From: an uncultured virus (IMG/VR IMGVR_UViG_2061766007_000813)
Taxonomy: Duplodnaviria; Heunggongvirae; Uroviricota; Caudoviricetes
Strand: one strand, 5' to 3'
Virus record (IMG/VR): IMGVR_UViG_2061766007_000813
Length of the DNA: 64,000 nt
The notes beneath the pieces were generated by a model. It did no database searches, was not told the DNA's origin, and saw only the letters and a list, made by a program, of their open reading frames with translations. A program made the translations under genes and the position numbers. Each line of letters starts with the position of its first letter. Within the stretch, counting starts at the first letter, position 1. Shown here piece by piece: positions 1 to 13,395 of this stretch.

Positions 1-3000
1 ACCATTCCTGCTCCACTAGGCAACACTTCATAAAACGAATCACCCCATTTCGCGCTATTTATGCTACCACACAAGTCATACACACCATGACCGTTAGCTC
101 TTGCTTGAGGAGCTAAACAAGGTATATAATGACGGATAAGCTCGTTGTTGCGATAAATCTTGCATTCCTTGATTGCACCGTGACCAGAAGTAGAAACACT
201 ATTCCCACGCCAATATCCGAGTATGCAAAGCTTTCTTGGATTCGGGACGCTTGATTTTTGACTAGCTTGCCCTATGTAACTTCCGTCAATCCATGCTTCC
301 CCTGTCGTACAATCCATTTTATAAGTATGGAATTGCGTGACATCGGCAAGCTTAGCTGTAACTCTATATGCTGTATTATTTCCGTCTCCGAAAATAAACT
401 GAACATTATAGGCACCTTTTTGCGTGTTTTCAACCCATATGGCATAATTACTGTCAGTTTTACTATAGCTTCCACCCATGACAGGAGTATTGCCATCGCT
501 ATTTCCTATATGGGCATAAGTTACTTCCCAAACATCGTTTGGAGAAACCTCTAATCCAGTATCAATATAGCGTTTGCTCGTATTGTTCGCTTCCGTAAAA
601 ATCGCACTTCCTTCCACATACCTAACAGGAACACGGGAAGGCGTATAAGGATACGCGCTCTCGCTGGAAGAGCTTTCTTCACTCGATGAACTTTCTTCCT
701 CACTTGATGAACTTATTTCACTGGCGGAACTTTCCTCACTTGAAGAACTTATTTCACTCGACGAACTCACTTCAAGATAATGGATGATTGTGGTGCTCGG
801 AGCACCCCAAGGAGCACCAGTGACTTCACCTTCATACCAGTTGCAATAAATGTCTGTAAGATTAGTACATCCTAAAAATGCCCCAAAACTTGACCCAGAG
901 GCTATTTCATTAGGTTTTCCAAGAAATGTACATGTCGTAAGGCTAGCGCAATCTTCAAAACAATTGTTGCCAACAGACCTAACACTGCTTGGTATGGTGA
1001 TTGAAGTCAAACTCGTACAATTTTGGAAACACCATCTATTCAAGCTAGTCAAACTGTTTGACAACGTGATGGATGAAAGACTTGTACAACCGTCAAAGCA
1101 ATTAATCCCAATATATGTAACAGTATTTGGTATTACAATAGAAGTAAGACTCGTACACTCTTCGAAACAACCTTCACTCATGCCAGTCAAAGCTGTCGAA
1201 AGAGTCACGGACGTAAGAGCCGAACAAGCATAAAAACAATTTTCTTCAAGAGAAGTCACAGTATTCGGCATTGTAAAAGAAGTAAGACTTGAACAACCAC
1301 TAAATATACCAGATGGAAATACGGTAATGCCTGTCGGAAGCGTCACATTAAGAAGATTATCACATCCGTCAAACACATATCTTCCAATATATTCCACATC
1401 GGAACAATCAAGCCCAACAATATCAGTGCTATCGAAAGCACCATATGCAAGAATCTTCAATGAACTCGGCAATGTCTGAAGGGACATCAATGATGCAGAA
1501 TAAAATGCAGTACATCCCAAATAAGTAATATTTGAAGGAAGATAAGAAATATCAAGACTTATACAATTTTTAAATGCACTCTCATCTATTGCATAGACAT
1601 CATCTCCAAGGGCATTATCACTCATCATCATGTTCGATTGTCCAGTCATGAATTCACTTGGAACACAATAACCATTAAATCTTACAAGTTCCGTTATCAC
1701 ATCATTAACTGTAGGAGATACCTTTAACTGCGTAGAATATGGAGATACAACAGTGACATTGTATTCTCCTGTTGAAGAATAATCATGTGTGATGGTTGTA
1801 TCCAAAGAGTTGCCTGAAACAATTGTATTGGTTCCATCGCCCCAGTTGATTGTAATGCTACTAGCCTTCGGAGAACCTACTTTTATTCCTAATTGCAAAG
1901 TCGATGACGCATCAAAGACAAATTCCGTCTCAATGTCATGGCAGATGACACCTGAATCTGGAAGTATTTCATAGAATGAATTGTTAGTCACACTGTTTAT
2001 ACTACCGCACAAATCATATAATCCATGCTGGTATGAAGAATTATTGCCATAACTTTCCAACGGCAGCTTCATACATGGAACATAATGTCTGATAAGTTCG
2101 TTGTTGCGGTAAATCTTGCATTCTTTTATCGCACCATGCCCACTACGATAAATTGAATTACCTCGCCAGTATCCAAGCAGACAAAGCTTTTTCGGATTCG
2201 CCATACCAGATACTGCGCTTGCCGTTCCAACAAGGACATCATCCACATATGCCGTTTTATTTACAAAATCTATTTTATAAGTGTGGAATTCAGACACATC
2301 AGATACAGTGGTAACAATTGTGGTAGTATTAATGGTTTGGTCGCCAAACACAAATGTAACATTGTCAGTGCTGGCACCGCCATTCACAGCAATATACATA
2401 TTATTACTGTTTTGCGAAGCACTTCCGCCCATAATTGGAACATCATCAGTATAATTTCCAATGCTAGCATATGTGACTTCCCAGACATCTTGATTTGACA
2501 GGATAAGACCAGTATCAATATAAGGTTTATTAGTGTCATCATATTCAACAAACAGCGCACTTCCTTCCACATACCCAGCAGGTACGCGAGAAATACCAGA
2601 TGAAGACGATGAAGAACTCTCATCGCTTGATGAACTTTCTTCACTTGATGAACTGGCTTCAAGATAATGGAACGTTGTGGTGCTCGAAGCACCCCACGGA
2701 GCACCAGAAACATCGCCTTCATACCACGGGCAATACACATCGGTAAGATTTGTGCAACCGCTGAACGTTCCAATTCCTATTGAGTTCGGCTTTCCTTGGA
2801 ATGTAACGGTTGTAAGGTTCGTGTCGTTCTTGAAAACATAATAATCAATCAACGTGACACTGCTTGGAATGGAAACCGCAATAAGATTATTGCATCTCTG
2901 GAAAGAGCAGTTCATAATTTTTGTAAGACCGTTCGGGAGCGAAGTGAAGGCAACGCCACTGCCTTCGAAACTATTTGGGTCAAGAGTTTTAAGACTGGAA

Positions 3001-4055
3001 GGCAAGGAAGTCAGAGCAATGTTTGTGCAACCGCAGAAGCCGTAACTTCCAATGCTCTCAATACTGTTTGGAAGCGACGCACAGGAAAGAACCATGCAAT
3101 TGTAGAACGCCCAGTTGCCGACGCTTTTCACATTGGTGAAAACGCTTCCGTCAAAATCAAGGCTCCTGCCTTGATAGCAGAAATAGGCTGGAATGAAATC
3201 ATAATCATATCTCGTTATGTTGCTCACCACATTATCCACACCGTTTGGTCTGTTTTCAATTGAGACAGACACTCCTGTAAGAACAATCTTCGTAATTCTG
3301 TCGTTCGCAACAAGGCTGAGATTGTAAGTTCCTGCGCTAGAGTAGGTATGCGTATATTGAGTTCCATATCCAGAGTTGGGGGAGACCGTTTCGATTCTTC
3401 CGTCACCCCAGTTGATTATCGCATAGTCCCCCTTCGCAGCGAGGTTTAACTTATAGGCGTAATTCCCACTACTTGTGGTGATACTCCATTCAACATGTTT
3501 GGACGGCTCACTGGAAGACGAACTGCTCGACAGATAATGGACGGTTGCATTCGTGGCACCCCACGGTGCGCCAGCGATATATCCCTCGTACCACGGGCAG
3601 TAGATGTCTGCCAGATTCGTGCATTCAGAGAACATGGTGGCATCCAATTCGTCTGGTTCGCCCACGAACGTGACACTCGTAAGACCCGTGCAACCCTTGA
3701 AGGCATTTTCCTTGATGACCGTGGTGCCGTTAGAAAATTGTATTTCCGTCAGCGGAAGGCTTGTGCAACCGTTGAAGGCATATTGGTCAACACACGTAAT
3801 ACTAGACGGCAGGTTTGTCAATGCAAGTTTCGTGCATCCCTTGAAGGCATATTTGTCTATTGTTGTGATACCAGAAGGAAGCGACGTAAGAACAATGTTG
3901 GAGCATTCAAAGAAAGTCCTTTCATTAATCTCCGTGATTCCTTCAGGAAGAGATGTCAATGCAAGTTTGTTGCAATAATAGAATGCACAGTCTCCTATTC
4001 TCGTGACACCGCTTGGGAGCGATGTCAGGGCAAGATTCGAACAATCGTAGAACGC
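1..4055 (-). CDS. Distal part of giant modular BspA-type LRR protein (runs off the left edge; not in the ORF track)
   Basis: Reverse complement from 4055 reads AFYDCSNLALTSLPSGVTRIGDCAF. The frame was spot-checked at 2726, 839 and 80 and is consistent, with WYEGDV.GAPWGA caps, INWGDG motifs, Ser/Glu linkers and RHY(I/V)PC...YDLCG domains. Confidence 0.85.
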
Positions 4056-4065
4056 NNNNNNNNNN

Positions 4066-4197
4066 GTTTGCTTTAGGAGAACCAACTCTTACCCCTAATT
4101 GCAACATTAATGTGGATGGTGCACTAAAAATAAATTCCGTCTCAATATCATGGCAGATGACACCTGAATCTGGAAGTATTTCATAGAATGAATTGTT
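4066..4197 (-). other. Small contig probably misplaced in the scaffold; belongs in the gap at 7691-7700
   Basis: Encodes NNSFYEILPDSGVICHDIETEFIFSAPSTLMLQLGVRVGSPKAN, which is the segment missing between YDLCGSINSV and SITINWGDG when compared with the intact paralogous module at about 1850-2020. Confidence 0.85.
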
Positions 4198-4207
4198 NNN
4201 NNNNNNN

Positions 4208-7200
4208 AGTGATGTTCGTGCAATTGCTGAAAGTATAGTCTTTAATTATTATCAGACTGGATGGGAGGGATGACAAGGTGAGGTTTGAACAGGAATAGAA
4301 AGCATGATAGCCGATTGACGTGACGCTTTCTGGAATGGACGACCAAGAAAGGATTGTGCAACATTCGAAAGCATAATTGCCGATGGTCTTCACACCGTCG
4401 ATGACACTTGAATTGAAATCCAAATTGTAACATCCGTAGAAGCACATGTCCGAAATGAAATCAAGGTCGTACCTCGTCACGCTTGTCACAAGTTCGTCTT
4501 CCTCTTCCTCGACATAGCCCCATTCATCCTGTGTTTTTCCAGCAAGCACCAAATACCCGATGCTGTCGTCAGTGACAAGGCTGAGATTGTAGGTTCCAGC
4601 CGTAGCGTAGGTGTGGTAGTATTTGGTTATACTGTCTGGCGAAATAGTCTCGACCGTCCCGTCACCCCAGTCAATCGTGGCAGGAGCGTCCAACCCACCG
4701 ATAATGAACTGGTATTCGGTGTTGGCACTTTCAGTTGTCACCGTCCAATCGACCTCCCTTGTGGAATCGCTGGAAGAAGAACTTTCCTCGGACGAGGAAG
4801 AAGACTGTTCAAGATAATGCACCGTGACCGTGTTCGGGGCACCCCAAGGGGCACCAGAAACATCGCCTTCATACCACGGGCAGTAGATGTCAGACACATT
4901 CGGGCAACCCGAAGAAAACAGATTATTCACATAAGAATAAACCGTAGTGAATATAAATGTCGTCAATGACGGACAATTCGAAAAAGCTCCAGGAGCACTG
5001 CTATAGATTGGATTGTCCGAACCTATTTCAATTATTTCAAGGTTTTGGCAGTTTGTAAATGCAGAAGGTGCCATATCAACGTTATATAATGTAAGATGCA
5101 CAAGACCTGTGCAATTGGCGAACGCATTCGTGCTCAATGAAGAAATATTTGAAACACTCAGGTTCGTTATCGAACTGCATCCACTGAACACGTTACTGCC
5201 AAACCCTACATCATTATTGGTAAACGACAATGTTGTAAGAGCAAGACTGGTGCAGTTGAAGAAGGCTTGATTGTCGATAGACCGAATGCCTGCTGGAAGA
5301 GATGTAACCGAAAGACTTGAACATCCCGAAAAAGCATACCGCCCAATCCACTCCAATCCACTTGGAAGTTCATCCGTATTGAAGTTTGTGCAATTTCTGA
5401 ATGCAGCATATTCTATGCTATATGTTTTCGATGAGAACGTAACATTTTCAATAGACGATTCACCAAAAGCAATCTCTCCAATTGAAATCATGTCATCGCC
5501 AAAGTCGAATGAGCCAAGATTCGTGCATCCATAGAAAGAAGCACCACCAACACAATATCTTCCAATGAAAAAATCTGATGGCAATACGACATCCGTAGCG
5601 TTCAAACAGAAACCAGAAGAAATTATCCTGCTGTTATAGCTGACGACCTCCTTAACCATCCCCTGCGACGGAGACGTTTCATTTGCATAGTATGATGCCG
5701 TAAGAGAAAAACCGTTTGATAACGGAGCTTCAATATGAAGTTCATATTCCCCAGCCGTAGTATAGGTATGGGAGAATGTATCGTTGCCCGAAATAGTCTC
5801 GACCGTCCCGTCACCCCAGTCGATTGTAGCCTCCGTATCATACAAATTTATTTTAAAGGTGTATTCATCATTAGCCTCAACCTCTATTTTCCATACCGCT
5901 TCTTCACGGTGTAAAAGCGCAGCGGTTCCATTTGAAACATACTTTGTGCTTTCAGCGATTTCGTCATAAAAACCACTCTTTAAAACACTATGGCTGTAAC
6001 ATGGAATGTAATGATGACTGGTCTCTCCATTGGTCAAAATCGTGATATCCGTAATGATACCTTTGAAAAGACTGGTCGTATTATATCCAGCAGACGCAGA
6101 TGCCAGACCACAGGCAAAAATATACACAGGGCACTGCTTGCTAAATGAAGTAAGAGCCTCCGAAGTTCCAATCAGAACATCATCAATCCAAGCCTGCTTG
6201 GTAGAGAACTTGATTCTATACGTATGGAATTCGGTTACATCGTAGTCCGTGGTCGTGACCATCTGGTTGGATTTCGTCTTGTCGCCGAATACGAATGTAA
6301 CCTGATTGTTTGTCGGATTCAGCCAGATGGAGCAGTTCGTATGATTGTTGGCATGAGCACTTCCCATGACACACATTTCACCTGTTGCGCTGGAATCAGC
6401 TTTACAGGTGACTATCCATTCGTCGTTGATGGTCGTATTGTGTTCTGTATTAATTACAGTCGCCGAAGCAGTGCTTGTTGAACATCTGCAAATTCCACCA
6501 ACGCTATACACCATATTTTCCTCATCAAGCCAGCGAATATCGTCGCTAAACGAAACACCAGATGAAGATTCAGATGAAGATTCAGATGAAGATTCCTCGG
6601 ATGAAGAGGATTCTCCAAGATAATGGATTGTTGTCGTACTTGGCGCACCCCACGGTGCCCCAGCCACATCCCCTTCGTACCAGTCGCAATAGACATCCGT
6701 GAGATTTGTGCAGTTCAAAAAGCAATTCGTCCCTATTGAAACAATTGAAGATGACAATGAAAGAGTTGCAAGACTTGAACAATATGAAAAACAACTATTT
6801 CCAATAGTAATTACCGTATTCGGTATTGTAATAGAAGAAAGATTATCGCAAGAGTAAAAGCAATAAGCCCCAATTGAAGTCAGATTGCTTGGCAATGTAA
6901 CAGAAGCAAGATTGTCACAATCGCAAAACACACTATTTCCCAAAGTCGTTACGCCATTTGGAATTACAATGGATGTCAAACTCGTACATTGGTAGAAGGC
7001 ATCATCTCCAATTTGAGTGACATTGTTAGGTATTGTAATAGAGGCAAGGCTATAACAACGATAGAAACAATAAGAACCTATGCTTGTCAGAGTGCTTGGC
7101 AATGAAACGGACGGAAGAGATTCACATTCAGAAAACAGAGATGGGCTTAATTCTGTAAGAGTCGGAGGCAATGTCACACTGACAAGGACATCAGATGAAA

Positions 7201-7690
7201 GTGCAAATTTTCCCAAGTATTCTGCATCTGAGCAATCCAGTTGAGTAATGTTACTGCCACCAAAAGCACCCTCTGCAAGAATTTTCAATGAACTTGGCAA
7301 AACATGCAGTGATGATAAGTCACTGGAAGATGAAAATGGATTACATCCGAGATAATTAAGATTCTGTGGCAATGAATCAATATCAAGTTTCCGACAAAAA
7401 CTAAATGCTTTTTCGCCTATTGCATAGACATCATCTCCAAGGACATCATCGCTCATCACCATGTTCGATTGTGAAGACATGAAATCGCTTGGAACATAAT
7501 GTCCTTTAAATCTCACAAGCCCCGTTATTATGCCACCAGCATTAGGAGACACCTCTAATACCGTAGAATATGGTGAAATAACAGTAACATTATATGAACT
7601 CTTTGAAGAATAATCGTGCGTTATAATCGTATCCAAAGAGTTGCCTGAAACAACCGTGCTGGCTCCATCACCCCAGTTGATTGTAATGCT
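4208..7690 (-). CDS. Middle part of giant modular BspA-type LRR protein
   Basis: Many (I/L)PxxVTxIGxxAFxxCxxL repeats, IDWGDG...HTY PKD-like motifs, GAPWGA caps and Ser/Glu linkers; bounded by N-gaps on both sides. Confidence 0.85.
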
Positions 7691-7700
7691 NNNNNNNNNN

Positions 7701-10043
7701 AACACTATTGATGCTACCGCACAAATCATATACGCCTTGTTGATAAACAAGGGTATTATACGTAAGATATTCCAATGGCAACTTCAGGCAGGGCACATAA
7801 TGACGGATAAGTTCGTTGTTGCGGTAAATCTTGCATTCCTTCAATGCACCATGACCACCATCAACAATGGCATCTCCACGCCAATATCCCATCAAACAAA
7901 TCTTCCTCGGAGTTGTTATATTGGTACATACCCCTGTCTGTCCGACAAGTGTTCCGTCAATCCATGCTTCCCCTGTCGATTGATTCATTTTATAAGTATG
8001 AAATTCAGACACATCATCAACAGTTGCTATGACTTTGTATTTACTTACATTATTTCCATTTCCAAAAACAAACTGAACGTTATCAGTACCAACCCTATTA
8101 TCAACCCAAATAGCATAATTGCCGTCGTCACCATCACCAGAACCGCCCATGATAGGAACATTATCAGTAGCCGTACCAATATGGGCATAGGTGATTTCCC
8201 AGGTATCATTCTGGGATACGGTCAATCCAGTGTCAATGTATGGCTGGTTAGTGTCATCTTGTTCCACGAACAGCGCACTTCCTTCGACATATCCTGCTGG
8301 TAAGCGAGAAATACCAGAAGACGACGAAGAGCTTTCTTCACTTGAAGAGCTTTCTTCACTTGAAGAACTTTCTTCTTCTCCAAGATAATGGATGGTTGTG
8401 GTGTTCAGAGCACCCCACGGAGCACCAGCAACATCTCCCTCATACCAGCAACAGTAAATGTCAGTCAGTCTGCCACAACCGTTGAACACGTTGCTTTCCA
8501 GTGAATTCGGAATGGTGCTGAAATAAACCTTCTCCAAACTGGAGCAATACAAAGCCTGACTACCAATGTAAGTTAAATGGTCATTTAAATTTATCGTTTT
8601 AATGCTACTGCATCCGTAAAATGCCAGCGCATATATGCCTGTCACATTGTCTGGAATCTTAGTGATTGCCAATTTAGTACATTCTCTAAACGTTTCACTG
8701 TTAATTGAATCCAAATAACGCGGAAGAGAAGTCAGTGTAATGTTTTCACAATTTTTGAATGCCATTGAACCAATGTACAAAATAGTGTTCGGTAATGATG
8801 AAAGCTGAAGATTTGTGCAACTACGAAAAGCATCATTCTGAATGACAACCAAATTTGACGGCAACGATGAAAGTCTCAATGACGAACAACTATCGAAGGC
8901 TCCATAGCTGATGAATGTCACGCTTTTTGGAATTTTGTCGACATCAATAGTTGACAAGAAACGGAATGAACGACGACCAATAACCAATTTTCCAGTCAAT
9001 AATTTTTCCATATCAAGCGGAACAGACAAATTGGCGAGACTTTCGCAAAAGTTATCAGGAACATATAATGATTCAAGTTTATTCACTTCAGAGGTCTTGA
9101 TTGAATCCGTCTCATTGGCACCCAATGAGAAATACAATCTCATATACGGGGCATTAAGAGAAAGAGAATAGACACCGCTATTTTCATAGGTATGAGAAAA
9201 AGTAGATGAACTGTCAGTCGAAAACAGCGTCTCCGTCGTACCATCGCCCCAGTCAATTTCAGCATTATGATGCTGAATGCATATGGAGTTGAGGCTATAC
9301 GTGTCAGGAGAAGACACGTTTATTTTCCAGTCGATTTTAAACGACAACAATGCAAAACTGTATCCAACATCGGTATAAGTATTTGTACACAGGTCATACA
9401 TACAACCTGGATGCTGGGAAGTGATAAAATCCGCGTTCAAATGCACGCATGGAATGTAATGCCTGATTTCCTCATCGTTTCTCAAAACGATGATTTCCTT
9501 GACGCAAGTGCGTATTCCAGTTCCGACTACACCATTGTTCTTTGTTCTCCAGCTATTGAAAATGTACAGCTTGCTTGGATTCGGAACATTCGACAACGAA
9601 TTCACAGTTCCAAGATAATGGTCATCAATCCACGCTTCACCTGTGGATAGTTTCATTCGATACGTATGATACTGTGTCAAATCATATGCATTCGTAGTAA
9701 TCTTGTAATTATTGCTAGCTCCATCCCCGAAAATAAATTCAACTGTATTCGTACCAGCGTCCATCCATATCGACATGTTGCTGTCATTCTTGGAATGACT
9801 TCCCCCAAGTATGCACTGGTTTCCGTCTCCTGTGGCGGTGGTCGGCGACTTGCACGTGACAATCCATTCGTCACTGTTAGTCACCATTATGCCACTGTCA
9901 AAGCTTTCTCTTCTTGACGCAATACCAGAGACAAGGCAGTTTGCTTCAATATGCGTGGCATCCAACCGTGTCAATACCGAATCATCTGAATTCTGACTAT
10001 TCCACCAATAGGCGGACAATAAATTATGTTCGTGTCTAAGCAT
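7701..10043 (-). CDS. N-terminal part of giant modular BspA-type LRR protein (candidate receptor-binding or virion adhesin)
   Basis: ATG at 10043. Order is beta-rich domain ending RHYIPC...YDL, IDWGDG domain, LRRs, GAPWGA cap, SSSEE linker, then the next beta-rich domain. Confidence 0.85.
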
Positions 10044-10060
10044 GATTGTATACTCTTCTA

Positions 10061-11320
10061 TTAATGAATCTCTCCGACATCACTGCTACTACTATTATTA
10101 TAATCAACGCTCGGATTATAATTTGAAACTGGTGCATCTTCTATAACCGATGTTTCAGATACAACAATTGGCATAATACACCATTTATGGGCAATTGTAC
10201 TCCATCTGCATAGATAATTCACAATTGTTCCAAACCCTATTTCTGGCGTGCTAACGGGCACAAGTTCATTGTTATATTCATCAGTAAACATGACAGATGA
10301 ACCCATGCACATCTCAATTATAGTAGTGTCATTAGCACCTTGCCTTACATTGTGTGAAACGACAGGCATTTCTGTCGAAATCATTTCATTACTTTCTGGT
10401 GTATTCATATAATATATTATTGTCTCTCCATCAACAAGATTTTCCGTAGTTGTATAAAAAGTAACATTCATATTATTCTCTTCAATATACATTGACCAAG
10501 CCAAATATGTTTCATCAACGTCAGCAGACGAATCACGGACAAAAGGCTGGAATCTGACTTCAAGTACGATTTCATGCACGATGGATTCATCTTCCACATG
10601 AGGAAGAATATATGTCACAGGTGTATAAGGACAATGAATATACGTATTCTTGTAATTATTTTGTGGCATGCTGGCATCAAAAAGCATAACATTATATTGC
10701 ATCGTTGAAATAATGCTCACGCCGTTCAACGGACTCATGCCCCTTGGAACAACCCCATCTTCATCCAATGGGGCAACGCCTTCTGGTACACCAATATCGG
10801 AAACAGGGACATACTCAATATCTGGAGCACTGGAAGATTCAGGAGAGCTTGAGGACGATGGAATGACATTGTATCCACCGCCTGTCATCTCATCCACAAG
10901 CCTTTGTATAGTCTGCAAAACCGTCTCGACATCCGTGTTGATGTTTCCGTCAACGCCATATTCCGCGCCATAAGTCACAGTGCAGATATAGGTCTGGTTG
11001 CTTCCAGGCTTGTTGTTTGAATCAAACGTAAGAGTAAACGACGTACCAGAATTAATCTTCACGTCTGGCCACACCTCATTCCCGCCATTGTCATAAACAT
11101 GGACAATCGGATAGCAATTCAGAGAATGCGTAAATGTCACTGCATACTGACTATCCCACACCACCTGCGGGGAATTATTGGCATTCGTAAATGGCATCAC
11201 AATCGAGGCTGGCTTGACATTGTAGAGCTTCGAGCCATCGTAAGGGCTTTTTATCGCGTAATTCTTAGCCTCGATATATTCTCTTGTACCGTCGAAAAAT
11301 TCAAAATTCGGAAAGCGCAT
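10061..11320 (-). CDS. Hypothetical protein, tail-fibre-associated-like
   Basis: About 419 aa from MRFPN. THSLNCYPIVHVYD and GVAPLDEDGVVP resemble motifs common in phage tail fibre and baseplate proteins; Ser-rich linker. Confidence 0.55.
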   Translation of the reverse strand: MRFPNFEFFDGTREYIEAKNYAIKSPYDGSKLYNVKPASIVMPFTNANNSPQVVWDSQYAVTFTHSLNCYPIVHVYDNGGNEVWPDVKINSGTSFTLTFDSNNKPGSNQTYICTVTYGAEYGVDGNINTDVETVLQTIQRLVDEMTGGGYNVIPSSSSSPESSSAPDIEYVPVSDIGVPEGVAPLDEDGVVPRGMSPLNGVSIISTMQYNVMLFDASMPQNNYKNTYIHCPYTPVTYILPHVEDESIVHEIVLEVRFQPFVRDSSADVDETYLAWSMYIEENNMNVTFYTTTENLVDGETIIYYMNTPESNEMISTEMPVVSHNVRQGANDTTIIEMCMGSSVMFTDEYNNELVPVSTPEIGFGTIVNYLCRWSTIAHKWCIMPIVVSETSVIEDAPVSNYNPSVDYNNSSSSDVGEIH

Positions 11321-11393
11321 TTCAAATCTCCATATAATCAAATACACATGATACTGTATTCTATTATACGGAAAATAAACATAAAATCATCTT

Positions 11394-12383
11394 CTATCGC
11401 ATTTGTTGCTCTTTTAACCAACGGACATGCTCTGGCATCACGAATCCTTCAAAGCCATTGAGGATATGAATCCCGTCAGCGCAGAACCACTTATTCCATA
11501 CGTTCTGAAGCTCATCATACAATATATTTCCAAAACGCTCCCTCGCCTTTCTCATCTTGATAAATAATTCCTCAAAATGTACTCCTTTGACAAGATTGTT
11601 GATTTCCGTCTGACTCAAATCCTTTTGTTTTGTCATGCGGTTGTACATCGATTTCAAAACATAATACGAAACTTTGCAATCCTCATTGAACATCGACGGA
11701 ATCAAGATGTCACGCTTCGACCCATACACCCCAATATCGCTGTTATATGCATAAATGGGCGGTTCTGACTCAATATGGCAATACCTTGTCGCAAGAAAGA
11801 AAAGCATCGTGCTGAAAAACGAATCTTCTGAAGAAAACTTGTCTGCAATTATTTCATCTTCTGGTATGCACCGTTTCAAAATTGAAGACCTTATCACTTT
11901 AGATGTAAGATAACAATGCATTGGAGTCGGATAATGAGTCTCGAACAGCCTGTCACCGAAATACTCGAAATCAGACCCTCGGTGATATGGCTCGTATCCA
12001 ATGGTTCCGTCCTTGTGAATGAATTTCATTCTTGCAAAGGTAACAATATCAAAATCCTTCGACTTCGCGATTTCAAGACCATGTTCCAAAGCATCATCCC
12101 GACAAAGAAAATCATCATCGTCAAGCCACATACAATACTCGGTGTCAATCAAAGGAATCATTCTAGTCCTTGCATACAGGACTCCACGATTGCATTTTCC
12201 TTTTACAATCCTGAATCTGTCATCATGAAAAGATTCGATGATTTCCAAGGTATTGTCCTTTGAGCCATCATCATACATAAGCAATTTGAAATCCTGCAAA
12301 GTCTGACCAAGAAGACTCCCGATAGATGTAGGAAGATATTTTTCCCCATTATAAACATTCATGCAGATTGTAAGCTCTGTCAT
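11394..12383 (-). CDS. Glycosyltransferase family 2 (GT-A fold), copy 6
   Basis: LTICMNVYN, YDDGSKD, NRG...AR and WLDDDD (DxD) motifs. Confidence 0.92.
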   Translation of the reverse strand: MTELTICMNVYNGEKYLPTSIGSLLGQTLQDFKLLMYDDGSKDNTLEIIESFHDDRFRIVKGKCNRGVLYARTRMIPLIDTEYCMWLDDDDFLCRDDALEHGLEIAKSKDFDIVTFARMKFIHKDGTIGYEPYHRGSDFEYFGDRLFETHYPTPMHCYLTSKVIRSSILKRCIPEDEIIADKFSSEDSFFSTMLFFLATRYCHIESEPPIYAYNSDIGVYGSKRDILIPSMFNEDCKVSYYVLKSMYNRMTKQKDLSQTEINNLVKGVHFEELFIKMRKARERFGNILYDELQNVWNKWFCADGIHILNGFEGFVMPEHVRWLKEQQMR

Positions 12384-12399
12384 AAAATCGCCACCTTCT

Positions 12400-13392
12400 T
12401 CATTCGCCTTTCAACGCATTATTGAACATTTTCACAAACAAAGGAAATTCAAGCGCATCCAAATCATTCAGGACATGAACGCCGTCCGCGCAAAAATATT
12501 CATGAACAACAGCCATATGCTTTTCAAATTCATCCTGAGAAAGCCTTTTCCTTATCATGTTCATCCTTGGGACAATAAATCCATAAAATGTTCCACGCGA
12601 CAACCTATATGCCTCCGTCTTTTCCAATTTCCTCACTTTGGTCATTTTAAGATATGATGACTTCAGACAATCATGATATGCTTCGCACAAGTTCCGTGTA
12701 ACTTCAAGAGAGCAGTCATTGATTTTAGAACAGTAATACCCGACATTCATATAATACATATAAATCGGAAATGCCTTTCCCGCCTGCAAATGCTTCTTTG
12801 TATGAAAATACACCAGAGTCATGAAAAACATGTCGTCAAGAGCATATTTCTTTCTTAGGAAATATTCATCAGGAATGCACTTTTTCAGTAATTCGGATTT
12901 GAATACCTTTGAATTCAGAAAATTAGTCGTCCTTGATTCAAAGAAACAATTGAAAAAATTGTCTCCTGAATAAATGACTTGTTCTTCATTTACAAATGGG
13001 CACAGGCGAATTTCATCAACAGGATATACCTCAAAATATTTGGGAAAATTAATCCAGTCGTAATTATCGGATTTCATCAATGTCATAGCTGTTTCAAATG
13101 CCTTGTCATGAGCAAATTTATCATCCGCATCACACCACATGCAATATTCAGTATCCAGCATCTCGATTAACTTTGCACGAGCATATAGACAGCCTTTGTT
13201 TTCATTACACCTGACTACAGTAATTCTTGAATCGCCAAATGATTCCGCGACATCTCCGCTTCCGTCAGAAGAACCATCATCGTATATCAACAGCTTGAAG
13301 TCCTTATATGTCTGGTTCAGAATGCTTTCCATCGCCCTAGAAAGAGTTTCGGCATCATTGTAAACCGTAATACAAACCGTCAACTCTGTCAT
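12400..13392 (-). CDS. Glycosyltransferase family 2, copy 5
   Basis: LTVCITVYN, YDDGSSD, ENKG and WCDADD motifs. Confidence 0.92.
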   Translation of the reverse strand: MTELTVCITVYNDAETLSRAMESILNQTYKDFKLLIYDDGSSDGSGDVAESFGDSRITVVRCNENKGCLYARAKLIEMLDTEYCMWCDADDKFAHDKAFETAMTLMKSDNYDWINFPKYFEVYPVDEIRLCPFVNEEQVIYSGDNFFNCFFESRTTNFLNSKVFKSELLKKCIPDEYFLRKKYALDDMFFMTLVYFHTKKHLQAGKAFPIYMYYMNVGYYCSKINDCSLEVTRNLCEAYHDCLKSSYLKMTKVRKLEKTEAYRLSRGTFYGFIVPRMNMIRKRLSQDEFEKHMAVVHEYFCADGVHVLNDLDALEFPLFVKMFNNALKGE

Positions 13393-13395
13393 GTC

